Shown: in pieces, positions 1-8,646 of the stretch | Layout of the letters: every line of letters begins with the position of its first letter | Numbering within the stretch: position 1 is the first letter of the stretch | NCBI GenBank assembly: GCA_963716725.1 | Contig: CAVQUB010000012.1 | Coordinates: forward strand, 160,001-224,000 | Reading direction: 5' to 3' | DNA: 64,000 nt | DNA from: an uncultured delta proteobacterium | GTDB taxonomy: Bacteria > Myxococcota_A > Polyangia > Polyangiales > Polyangiaceae | The notes under the pieces: model-generated | What the model was told of the DNA's origin: nothing | Databases searched by the model: none | What the model saw: only the letters and a program-made list of their open reading frames with translations | Position numbers and translations under genes: made by a program

Positions 1-1
1 C

Positions 2-1888
2 AACAAGGCTGCGGATCACTACATGGCCGCGGTCCGCCTGAACCCCAAGGGGCCTCACTCTCGAGACGCCCTCTACAACGCGCTCGCTGCCCTCGAATTC
101 GCTCGGTACAAGGAGCTCGAGGCCAAGAAGGCCGCGGGCAAGAAGGCCGAAGAGTCACCAACGGACAAGAAGCTCACCGAGGCGATGGAGCTGTACATCA
201 AGACGTACCCCAACGACCCGAACATCCCCGAGCTGCTCTTCCGGCAGGGCAAGCTTTACTACGACTACGAAATCTACGACCCGGCGGTCCGGCAGTTCGG
301 GCTCTTGGTAGAGAAGTACCCGCGAGGCAAATATGCGGAAGGTGCCGGCGAGCTCATTCTCGACAGCTTCAACAAGAGCAAGGACTACGAGAACATCGAG
401 ACCTGGGCGCGCCGCCTCAAAGCAGCGCCGGCCTTCATGGCGCCCGACAAGCAGACGCGCCTGAACGGGCTGATCGTGGTCGCGGTGTTCAAGCAGGGCG
501 AGCAGCTCTCCGAGGCCGGCAAGCACGACAAAGCCGCATCGGCGTACCTGCGCGCCGCGAAGGAGTTCCCGACTGAGCCGCGGGCCGCGCAGGCCGCGGT
601 CAACGCCGAGATGGAAGCCAAGAAGGGTGGCGACCTCGAAACGATGAAGGCCGCCGTGGCGATCCTGATCTCCGATCACCGAGGGCGTGACGAGGCAGCG
701 CAAGGCGCGTGGATCGCGGCGAACACTTTCCAAGAGGTGGGGCTCTTCAGCGAGGCGGCCGACTATCACGACGTCATCGCCGAGAACTTCCCGAAGTCGG
801 AGCACCACAAGGACGCCGCGTTCAACTCGGTGCTCTTGCGCACGACCGTGGGCGACACGCAGCGCGCCATCGACAGCGGCAATCGCTTTCGCAAGACCTA
901 CCCCCGGGACGAGAGCGCCGAGGAGGTCACCTTCTTGATGGGCAAGGCCTACGAGAAGGCCGAAAAGTGGAAGGACGCCGCGGGCATCTACGAGCGCTAC
1001 ACGCACAACGCCAAGACGCCCAGCGGGCAGATCGAAGCCTACGTGCGCCTGGCGTCGGTGCGCGTGAAGCTGGGCGACGAAAAGGGCGCCGGGACCGCGC
1101 TCTCGCGCGCCATGGACACCTACAAGCAGCGTAAGGGTGGCCTCGACGACAGCGGCAAGTACTTCGCCGCCAAGGCCAAGTACCTCCAGGGTGAGCGCAT
1201 CTTGGCGGAGTTCGAGGCCGTAAAAATCGAAGGCGACGTCAAGCAGCTGAAGGGCCGACTGAAGAAGAAGGGCGAGCTCCTGAAGAAGGCCGCCGACACC
1301 TTCCTCGGAACCGCGGAGATGGCCGTGGCCGAGTGGACCACCGCCTCGCTCTATCAGATCGGGTTCACCTACGAGACCTTCACCAAGGCGTTGCTCAATT
1401 CACCGCCACCGGCGGCACTCAGCAAAGACGAGCAGGAACTCTACAAGCAGCAAATCGACGAGTTCGTGGTGCCGATCGAAGAGCGCGCGCTCGAGGCGTA
1501 CGAGAGCGGTTGGAAGAAGGCCCTGGAACTCGGCATCTTCAATAGCTGGACCGCCAAGATGCGAGCTGCGCTCGGCCGACTCAACTCGGAGCTCTATCCA
1601 CCGCTCAAAGAGATCGGGCTCGAGCTCCAGAGCAAGGGACCGGCGCCGCTGCCTGCGCTCATCGACGGGACTCGGCGTACCAAGGACAATCGCAGCGAGC
1701 CTTATCTGATCCCCGCGCCCGAGCTGCCCGAGCGCAAAGACAAAGACGACAAGAAGGCCGACAAGAAGGCCGACAAGAAGGCCAAAGACGACCCCGCAGA
1801 CAAGACCGACGAGCCTCGGAAGGACGAAAAGCCCTCTGAGAAGCCCACGCTCACGGGCAAGGGCGTGAAGAAGGGCGGCAAAAAGTGA
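2..1888 (+). CDS. Large TPR protein, GltD/AgmU-like (5'-partial, runs off window start)
   Basis: Frame is open from the window edge. Many TPR-like helical repeats (e.g. AYLRAAKEFPTEPRA, FLMGKAYEKAEKWKDA). C-terminal EWTTASLYQIG...PPP...YKQQIDEFVVPIEERA segment recalls myxobacterial GltD. Lys/Asp-rich tail. Confidence 0.7.
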   Translation, partial: NKAADHYMAAVRLNPKGPHSRDALYNALAALEFARYKELEAKKAAGKKAEESPTDKKLTEAMELYIKTYPNDPNIPELLFRQGKLYYDYEIYDPAVRQFGLLVEKYPRGKYAEGAGELILDSFNKSKDYENIETWARRLKAAPAFMAPDKQTRLNGLIVVAVFKQGEQLSEAGKHDKAASAYLRAAKEFPTEPRAAQAAVNAEMEAKKGGDLETMKAAVAILISDHRGRDEAAQGAWIAANTFQEVGLFSEAADYHDVIAENFPKSEHHKDAAFNSVLLRTTVGDTQRAIDSGNRFRKTYPRDESAEEVTFLMGKAYEKAEKWKDAAGIYERYTHNAKTPSGQIEAYVRLASVRVKLGDEKGAGTALSRAMDTYKQRKGGLDDSGKYFAAKAKYLQGERILAEFEAVKIEGDVKQLKGRLKKKGELLKKAADTFLGTAEMAVAEWTTASLYQIGFTYETFTKALLNSPPPAALSKDEQELYKQQIDEFVVPIEERALEAYESGWKKALELGIFNSWTAKMRAALGRLNSELYPPLKEIGLELQSKGPAPLPALIDGTRRTKDNRSEPYLIPAPELPERKDKDDKKADKKADKKAKDDPADKTDEPRKDEKPSEKPTLTGKGVKKGGKK

Positions 1889-2979
1889 AACGGTCGAGCC
1901 TGCTCGGAGCCGCCTCCGCCGCGCTGATCGCCGTGGCCTGTGGTGGAGGTGCCGCCAAGCTCGAGAGGGCGCCCATCTTGCCGCCCGCAAATCCTCAGGC
2001 TCTAGGCAAGATGGTTCAGGCCGTTCAGAGCGCGAACGAGAAACAGAAGGCCATCGCGCTCCTGCGCGACGCCGTCAAGATCGACCCGAACCTGTGGGAA
2101 GCCCGCTACAACCTCGGCGTGCTGTTGGCTCAGGTCGGGGACTTTGCCGAGGCCGAGCAAGAGCTCTCCAAGACCCAGTCCCTCGCGCCCAACGCCGAGG
2201 ACGTGGTGGTGGCCCTGGGCGAGGTCCGCCGGCGCTTGGAGGACCCCAAGGGAGCGGTATCGGTCCTCGAGCCCTTCGTGAAGGCGAACCCCAAAGCGGT
2301 AGCCGCGCGTATCGAGCTCGTCAGCGCCCTGCGCGAAGCCGGCGACGTCGAGTTGGCCATCCGCTACGCACGCGAAGTGCTCTTGCGGCGCTCGAACGAC
2401 CCGAACGCGCTGGCCGAGCTCGCCATGAGCCACCTCGAGCGCGGCGAAGTGGACGCCGCGGAGCTATTGGTCAAGGAGGCCGAGAAGGCCGCGCCAGACA
2501 ACGCGATCGTGGTGCGCACTTCGGGCCTGGTGTCGCTCAAGCGCGGGGACGACGCGGTGGCGTTCAAGCGCTTCGCCCGCGCCAGTGAGCTCGACCCTAA
2601 AGACACCACGGCGCGCTTGAACACCGGAACGGTGCTGCTTCAGGCCGGTATCTACGAGAAGGCAGCCGAGGAGTTCCGCGGTGTATTGGCCGTAAACCCC
2701 GACGAAATCATGGCCAGCATCGGCCTGGCCGCGGCGCTCCGCGGCACCGGGAGTCGCGACAAGACGGGCCCGTTTTACGAGGCGGAGAAGATCCTGAAGC
2801 AAGTCCTCGGCCGCGAGCCCAAGAACCTGTCCGCCCTCTTCAACCTGGGCGTGCTCTACGCCGACTACTTGAAGAAGCCCGGTGATGCGAAGCCGCACTT
2901 GACCAAGTTCGTCGACCTCGCTCCGAAGGCCCATCCGGCTCGCGCGGAAGCCCAGAAGATCTTGAGCGGGACCAAGTAA
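1885..2979 (+). CDS. TPR-repeat lipoprotein, GltE/AglT-like
   Basis: GTGA overlap with upstream stop, lipobox AVAC, multiple TPRs (ARYNLGVLL, ARLNTGTVL, ALFNLGVLY). Confidence 0.75.
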   Translation: MKRSSLLGAASAALIAVACGGGAAKLERAPILPPANPQALGKMVQAVQSANEKQKAIALLRDAVKIDPNLWEARYNLGVLLAQVGDFAEAEQELSKTQSLAPNAEDVVVALGEVRRRLEDPKGAVSVLEPFVKANPKAVAARIELVSALREAGDVELAIRYAREVLLRRSNDPNALAELAMSHLERGEVDAAELLVKEAEKAAPDNAIVVRTSGLVSLKRGDDAVAFKRFARASELDPKDTTARLNTGTVLLQAGIYEKAAEEFRGVLAVNPDEIMASIGLAAALRGTGSRDKTGPFYEAEKILKQVLGREPKNLSALFNLGVLYADYLKKPGDAKPHLTKFVDLAPKAHPARAEAQKILSGTK

Positions 2980-2983
2980 CCCG

Positions 2984-3112
2984 TCACTTGATGGGTGGCG
3001 GCAGGTCGGGCACGCACTCGATCGACACCGTGGTGCTCGACGGAGCCCACGCCAGGCTCAACGGGTCGAACTGGATGCCGCCGGGGCTCGTGATCCAGGA
3101 GCGTGGATTCAG
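2984..3112 (-). pseudogene. Probable 3' gene remnant (..WITSPGGIQFDPLSLAWAPSSTTVSIECVPDLPPPIK*)
   Basis: About 42 codons with strongly G/C-ending, coding-like codon use and no ATG/GTG start that covers the segment. Confidence 0.35.
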
Positions 3113-3849
3113 CGCTTCTGGAGCAACAGGAGATAGTTGAAGCCGCGCAGAAAGAACCCGCCTTCGTCGGCGGCTTTGCGGTAGTTGCCCATGTCGAGAG
3201 TCTTGTTGTGGCGCACCACGGCGACGACGTCGTGGGGCACGAAGTGCTTCTTTGCCAGCTCGAAGAGCTCGAAGCCGAGGGGGAAGAACCCGCGATCCTT
3301 CTTGAACACGTCGCAGACGTAGATCGCCAGCATGCAGCGGTCCGAGAGCACCCGCGCGCATTCGTCCAATACTAGGCGCATGGCCCGCTGATATCGGCCG
3401 TCGGCTTTCAGCTTGCCAATGCAGCGCTCGTCGTCGGAGTAATCCAGGTTGTCTGCGTAGGGCGGGTCCATGAACACCAGGTCCACGCTCGCATTCTTGA
3501 GGGGCAGGCTGCGGGCGTCGGCAGCGACGATCTCCGGCCGCGTCGGCGCGAGGTCGAAGCCCAGACCCGTTCGGCCGAGGTCCCGGCAGACGTCCAGCGT
3601 GGTTCCGCTGCCGCAGAAGGGGTCCAGGACCCTCTCGCCCGGCTTCGTGAAGCGGTGGATCACGTTCCAGATCACATAGCTCGGCGTGGCGCCGCGGTAG
3701 TCTCGGTTGCCTTGTTGCTCATTGCCGTAGTGCTGCGATGGGTAGTCCCAGAGCGTGGTGACCTGGGGCCGCAGCTCGGGCTTTTCGAAGCGTTGTCGTG
3801 CGGGCTGTTCGTACTGCCCGCGCGGGCGTGGTGACTTGGTGGGCTTCAC
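3109..3849 (-). CDS. SAM-dependent amino-methyltransferase (N6/N4 DNA methylase or TRM11-like), orphan
   Basis: Motif I VLDPFCGSGTT and catalytic motif IV FMDPPY. Likely GTG start at 3849 overlaps the upstream small-ORF stop. Confidence 0.8.
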   Translation of the reverse strand: MKPTKSPRPRGQYEQPARQRFEKPELRPQVTTLWDYPSQHYGNEQQGNRDYRGATPSYVIWNVIHRFTKPGERVLDPFCGSGTTLDVCRDLGRTGLGFDLAPTRPEIVAADARSLPLKNASVDLVFMDPPYADNLDYSDDERCIGKLKADGRYQRAMRLVLDECARVLSDRCMLAIYVCDVFKKDRGFFPLGFELFELAKKHFVPHDVVAVVRHNKTLDMGNYRKAADEGGFFLRGFNYLLLLQKR

Positions 3850-3980
3850 GCCGTCTCGAGTTCGACGCGAGCCATCGCCCGAGTACGAAGCCGGTTCGCC
3901 CACCAGGTGATGGTCCGACCGATCACGTACAGCAGCGTGGCGGTGCCAGCTGAGAAGGCGCACCCGACACAGGTCTCCAT
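3846..3980 (-). CDS. Small (44 aa) putative membrane peptide with N-terminal CxxC
   Basis: METCVGCAFSAGTATLLYVIGRTITWW...; one hydrophobic stretch; GTGA coupling to the methyltransferase. Confidence 0.4.
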   Translation of the reverse strand: METCVGCAFSAGTATLLYVIGRTITWWANRLRTRAMARVELETA

Positions 3981-4023
3981 GTGTGACGAGTCTAGCGCCC
4001 GCCGGCCGCCGGCGCATGCCTCA

Positions 4024-5328
4024 TCAGGCGTCGGTGGACGTTTCGGCTTCGTACGCCGTGCGAGCGGCTCCCTGTGCGATCTCACGGGGAAGCACCGCCC
4101 GTCCGAGGGCCAGCCCGCCGACGGCCGCCGTGCCCGAGGCGACCAGCACGGCAAGCTTTGCGGTCTCGAGGGTTGGGCCGGCCGGGAAGGCGAGACCAGC
4201 GACGAACAAGGACATCGTGAAACCGATGCCTCCCACCAGGCCCACGACCAATACGCCGCTCCAACGAACCCCCCGCGGGAGCAGCGTGATGCGAAGCTGG
4301 GCTGCTATCCAGGACGCGCCGGCGATGCCGATGGTCTTGCCGGCGACCAAGCCCAGCGTGATGCCAGCAAAGAGCATCACCCCGCTGCCCGAGATGGCAA
4401 CGCCGGCCAGGGGAACACCAGCGTTGGCCAGGGCGAAAAGCGGCATGATCGCGTACGCGACCGTGCCGTGAAACTGCTGCTGCAGCGCGTCGACCGGCGA
4501 TACGGTTTCGTTCGCCCAGGTCCGCACCGGGGTGAGGAAACCGACGGCGACGCCGGCGAGTGTCGGGTGCACGCCGGCGCGATACACGCCCGCCCACACG
4601 ATCAGCGCGGGGATGATGTACGTGATGGCGGAGCGCGCGCCGAAGAGCTGCAACACCACGATGGCAGCGATGCCGCCGCCCGCGATGACAAATCCGAGGA
4701 AATCGATCCCGGTCGAATAGAAGATGGCGATGACCAGGATCGCGCCGACGTCGTCGATGACCGCCAGGGCGAGGAGCAGCACGCGGAGGGCGGGCGGCAC
4801 ACGGCGTCCGAGCAGCGCGAGCACGCCCACGGCGAACGCGATGTCGGTGGCCATGGGGATGCCCCAGCCGCGCATTGTCGGCTGACCTTGATTCAAGCCG
4901 ATGAAGATTGCGGCGGGCACGACCATGCCGCCGAGCGCCGCCACCAGGGGCAGCGCCGCACGCCGAAGCTCGCTGAGCTCGCCCTGATGGATTTCGCGAC
5001 GGATCTCCAACCCCACGACGAAGAAGAAGATCGTCATGAGCCCGTCGTTGATCCAAAAGTGCAGATCGCGTTCGAAGCGAAAGCCCGCGACGTTCAAACC
5101 GATGGGCGTGTGCCAGAGTGCGGTGTAGGACGCGCTCCACGGCGAGTTCGCCCAGGCGAGGGCGAGCACCGCGGTGGCCAATAGGACGATCCCGCTGGCG
5201 GCCTCGATGGCGATGAATCGCTCGACCGGGCGCAGCAGGCGTCGCACCAGCAGTTGGGCCGGAACCCAAGCCCCCGGCTGGCCGATCTTTGCGGAGGGAT
5301 CGATGTTGCTCTTCGGGCTCGCTTGCAT
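4024..5328 (-). CDS. nhaA: Na+/H+ antiporter NhaA
   Basis: WINDGLMTIFFFVVGLEIRRE, WGIPMATDIAFA, LAVIDDVG, GIGFTMSLF motifs. Confidence 0.95.
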   Translation of the reverse strand: MQASPKSNIDPSAKIGQPGAWVPAQLLVRRLLRPVERFIAIEAASGIVLLATAVLALAWANSPWSASYTALWHTPIGLNVAGFRFERDLHFWINDGLMTIFFFVVGLEIRREIHQGELSELRRAALPLVAALGGMVVPAAIFIGLNQGQPTMRGWGIPMATDIAFAVGVLALLGRRVPPALRVLLLALAVIDDVGAILVIAIFYSTGIDFLGFVIAGGGIAAIVVLQLFGARSAITYIIPALIVWAGVYRAGVHPTLAGVAVGFLTPVRTWANETVSPVDALQQQFHGTVAYAIMPLFALANAGVPLAGVAISGSGVMLFAGITLGLVAGKTIGIAGASWIAAQLRITLLPRGVRWSGVLVVGLVGGIGFTMSLFVAGLAFPAGPTLETAKLAVLVASGTAAVGGLALGRAVLPREIAQGAARTAYEAETSTDA

Positions 5329-5512
5329 GATCAGTCGGACGCTCCCACCGGCTGGCGGCCCGACCAGCCCGAACCTGCAACGGCGACCCGTTGCACCCAG
5401 GAATTCGAGAGTATTTGGGCCGAGTGAGCCGGAGGTCAAGGCTCACGCTCGAAGAACGAGGCCCCACGCGACCTGTGTCGCGCAGGGCCTTGGTTCGCGG
5501 CGACGTACCGCC

Positions 5513-6391
5513 TCAGTTACAGAACCATTTGCTCGAGACGCAGGTGCACTGCAGACCACCCCAAGTGCAGATTTGCCCCGTGCCGATGTTGCAGCTGCTG
5601 CCCGCCTGGGGCGGGCTCGACGGGCACGAGGATCCGCCGGAGCACGACCACTGACCGTTGTTGCAGGTGCAGCGGGCGTTGCCGTACTCGCAGCGGATGC
5701 CGGACAGCGAGGTCTGGCCCGAGATGCAGCTTCCGCTCGGCTGCGTCGCCGGGCAGGTGCCGCAGTCCCAGTCGGGGTTGCTGCCGTAGCACATGCACTG
5801 CTCGGTGCCGTAGAAGCACTGGGGGAAGTCGTTCCCGGCGCCGGTGTTGCACTGCCCGTTGGGAGTGGGCTTGGCCGTTGGGCAAGGATCGCAGTCCCAG
5901 TTGCCGTTCCAACACGTGCACTGCTGATTGCCGTAGGTGCAGTTCTGGAGCGGCGTCTGGCACTGGCCCGTCGGCTGCGTCCCCGGGCAGGTCGACGTGC
6001 CGCCGCCGGTGCCGCCGGTGCCGCCGGTCGTGGTGCCACCGGTGCCGCCGGTCGACGTGCCGCCGGTGCCACCGCTGGTCGAGCCGCCCGCGCCTGCGGT
6101 TCCTCCGCCCGCGCCTGCGGTTCCTCCGCCCGCGCCCGCGGTTCCTCCGCCCGCGCCCGCGGTTCCTCCGCCCGCGCCCGCGGTTCCTCCGCCCGCGCCC
6201 GCGGTTCCTCCGCCCGCGCCCGCGGTTCCTCCGCCGCTTCCCCCGGTTCCACCGCCGGACGAGCCGCCCGTGTTCTTTCCACCGGTCCCGCCGGTGGACT
6301 TGCTGTCCTCCTCGCTATCTCCGCCGCAAGCGGTGGCGACCAGCAGCGCCGAGAACACACTCATCAGTCCGAATCGCGTCAGCCTCAACAT
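5513..6391 (-). CDS. Lipoprotein with Gly/Thr-rich tether and four Cys-rich (CP...C...C.Y...C.C...W.C) modules
   Basis: AGGAGG RBS, lipobox ATAC, long Gly linker, repeated Cys/Trp modules. Confidence 0.85.
   Translation of the reverse strand: MLRLTRFGLMSVFSALLVATACGGDSEEDSKSTGGTGGKNTGGSSGGGTGGSGGGTAGAGGGTAGAGGGTAGAGGGTAGAGGGTAGAGGGTAGAGGGTAGAGGSTSGGTGGTSTGGTGGTTTGGTGGTGGGTSTCPGTQPTGQCQTPLQNCTYGNQQCTCWNGNWDCDPCPTAKPTPNGQCNTGAGNDFPQCFYGTEQCMCYGSNPDWDCGTCPATQPSGSCISGQTSLSGIRCEYGNARCTCNNGQWSCSGGSSCPSSPPQAGSSCNIGTGQICTWGGLQCTCVSSKWFCN
6084..6230. repeat. 21-bp tandem repeat x7 (ccgcccgcgccYgcggttcct), encodes GGGTAGA linker
   Basis: Seven adjacent copies differing at one position. Confidence 0.95.
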
Positions 6392-6470
6392 GCAGAAACC
6401 TCCTGAAACCTATCTTTGGGGGATTCGAATCGCGGTCGCTGGCTCCGGCGAAATCCGGGGCCGCACCTCT

Positions 6471-6590
6471 TCAACGGCAGAACCAATCGTTTGAGACGCG
6501 GCTGCACTGCAGCCCGCCCCCAGCGCAGACTTGCCCCGCGGGGAGCGCCGACACAGCTCTAGCGCCACCCAACCTCGAAACCTTCGCCAT
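6471..6590 (-). CDS. 39-aa mini-ORF, internally deleted paralog of the 5513-6391 lipoprotein
   Basis: AGGAGG-attg-ATG; MAKVSRLGGARAVSALPAGQVCAGGGLQCSRVSNDWFCR*; the C-terminus aligns with GQICTWGGLQCTCVSSKWFCN. Confidence 0.6.
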   Translation of the reverse strand: MAKVSRLGGARAVSALPAGQVCAGGGLQCSRVSNDWFCR

Positions 6591-6742
6591 CAATCCTCCT
6601 AAAGCAAGCCATCGGCACTATAGCTCGGTTCGGACCACGGCGGCATCCACTCGGAATGAGCCCGGTTTGCACCCGCGTTTGACTCCGGCGCGGTCTTTCT
6701 GCGATGCATTTGCCCCCGGGGTTTCCCGCGGAGTGACGTAAT

Positions 6743-7942
6743 ATGTTCGGTCCGAATTCCAGAATCCCTCCCGCCATCTCAGCGGTGGCCTCGGCGTTGG
6801 GCTTGTCCTTCGCGACCAGCTCGACGCTGGACTACGCCGCTCATCTCGATCGGCGGCTGCACGACCTGCATTGCAGCTTCGTGCCCGGTGCGCCTCCCAC
6901 GGACGCGGCCGAGGCCTGCCGCACCGCGATGTACAGCCCCTACGCGGCCTTCTTTCGCGACAAGTACTGGGGGGGGATTCCGATCTCCCTATTCGCCGTC
7001 GGAGCGTTCACCTTCTTTGCGGGCTTCGCGCTCTACCTCTTGATAGCCGGCGCTCGGGCGCCCCGCCGCGCGGTCGGCTTCTTCGCTCTGGTGGGTGTCA
7101 CCCCCCTCTTGGTGTCCGCGGGCATGGCGACCATCAGCGCCGTCGAACTCGGATCGTTCTGCAAGACCTGCGTGGGCATCTACATCTCGTCGTTCTTGCT
7201 CGCGTTGGGTGCCTTGCTCGGGGCGCTGAGCCTGCGAGGCGACGGCGAGCGACCTCGAGGCAGCTGGCTGGTCCCCGCCGCGTTTCTGCCGGCGCTGGGC
7301 GCAGCCAGCCTAGTGCCGGCTGCGGCGTACGCGAGCTCAATGCCCGATCACCGCCCCTTCCTCGACAAGTGTGGCACGCTGAAGAAAGAGCCGGTCGCCG
7401 CGGACTCGCTCTTGAAGATGACCGGCAAGAAGCCGGTCAAGCCAGCGCTGTTCTTCGAGGACCCCCTGTGTCCCACCTGTCGCGCGTTTCACCAACGCTT
7501 GGGCGTCGAAGGAGTGCTCGAACGCTTGGACGTGCAGCTCGCGCTCTTTCCGCTCGACAGCGAGTGCAACTGGATGCTCTCGAGCGCGATGCACCCTGGG
7601 GCCTGCACCGTCAGCAAGGCGGTGATCTGCGGTAACGAACGCGCGCGCCAGGTCCTCGAATGGGCCTACGACGAGCAGGACGTCCTCGGGCGGGCCGGCA
7701 AGGCGGGCGCGCCGACCCTGCGTGCGGTCATCGAGAAGCGGTGGGGCGCCGACTTCATCAAGTGCATCGACTCCAACGAGACCAAGCAGACCTTGAACAA
7801 ACACCTGCATTTTGCCGCTGAGAACGGGATCGCGGTGTCCACGCCGCAGGTGTTCTTGGGCAAGCAACGGATCTGCGACGAGGACACCGACATGGGACTC
7901 CGCTACACGCTGCGACACCTGGCTCCAGAGGTGGTGCCGTGA
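6743..7942 (+). CDS. VKOR-family membrane oxidase fused to a DsbA/thioredoxin-fold domain
   Basis: VKOR loop Cys pair (HCSF...ACRT), SPYA, GIPIS, CKTC in a TM segment; then FFEDPLCPTC and cis-Pro STP. Confidence 0.85.
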   Translation: MFGPNSRIPPAISAVASALGLSFATSSTLDYAAHLDRRLHDLHCSFVPGAPPTDAAEACRTAMYSPYAAFFRDKYWGGIPISLFAVGAFTFFAGFALYLLIAGARAPRRAVGFFALVGVTPLLVSAGMATISAVELGSFCKTCVGIYISSFLLALGALLGALSLRGDGERPRGSWLVPAAFLPALGAASLVPAAAYASSMPDHRPFLDKCGTLKKEPVAADSLLKMTGKKPVKPALFFEDPLCPTCRAFHQRLGVEGVLERLDVQLALFPLDSECNWMLSSAMHPGACTVSKAVICGNERARQVLEWAYDEQDVLGRAGKAGAPTLRAVIEKRWGADFIKCIDSNETKQTLNKHLHFAAENGIAVSTPQVFLGKQRICDEDTDMGLRYTLRHLAPEVVP

Positions 7943-8646
7943 GCCGTCAGGCTCGGGTGATCGCGCCGGCCGCGGGCGGCCTCGCCACGCTGCTCATGTT
8001 GGGCGCGTTGTCGCTTTCCGTCAGCGCGGGCGTCAAGAGCGCGGGGCAGCGCCTCACGACACCGGAGGCCGAGCAGCCCAAGGTTGCCATTGCCGATCAC
8101 GCCGAGGTGCCTTACTGCACGCCACGCTTCAAGCAGGTGCTCGAGCGCGTACTGCACTCGTGCGGCCTCTCCGGCGGAGAAAACCGCCGGGGCTGCAAGC
8201 CCGCCGACGTGAAGACCTTCGCGTCGATCAGCGACGACGATTTCAACGAACTCTTCACGCCCCTGAAAGAACGCGGCGCGGTCGTGCTCTTCGACACCGC
8301 GAAGGAGGACCTCGACGAAGGGGCGAAGAAGGTCCTCGCCGACCGCTGGGCGGACCGCAAGGGAGCTCGCTACTTCTTCGTGGTGGCCCGCGCTTCCAAG
8401 ACCGGGTCGCCAGAGAAGAACCGCGCCTTGTCGCACCGCCGCGCCAACTCGATCATGTACTTTTTGAAGGAGCTGTCGAAAGATCCCGAGATCGAGAAGA
8501 AGGTCGGACTACTCTGGCTCGGAAACGAATTCGCTCAGCTGTCGAAGGAGTACTGCACGTGGCCGAACTCGCGCACCGGGAAGAAATGCGACGACGAATC
8601 CATCAACCGCTCCGCGTTCGTGTCGTGGGTAGACTGTCGGCTCTAG
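7939..8646 (+). CDS. Exported Cys-rich protein with OmpA-like C-terminal domain
   Basis: Signal/anchor helix; VLFDTAKEDL...RASKTGSPEKNRALSHRRANSI...NRS matches the OmpA_C pattern; 6 Cys. Confidence 0.7.
   Translation: MSRQARVIAPAAGGLATLLMLGALSLSVSAGVKSAGQRLTTPEAEQPKVAIADHAEVPYCTPRFKQVLERVLHSCGLSGGENRRGCKPADVKTFASISDDDFNELFTPLKERGAVVLFDTAKEDLDEGAKKVLADRWADRKGARYFFVVARASKTGSPEKNRALSHRRANSIMYFLKELSKDPEIEKKVGLLWLGNEFAQLSKEYCTWPNSRTGKKCDDESINRSAFVSWVDCRL

Noticed and set aside
3109..3849. Restriction-modification or defence island
   Set aside because: No nuclease, specificity subunit or mobility gene nearby, and no evident compositional shift.
6084..6230. Tandem repeats (also 47163-47252) as a possible CRISPR array
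   Set aside because: No unique spacers, in-frame within coding linkers, and no cas genes.
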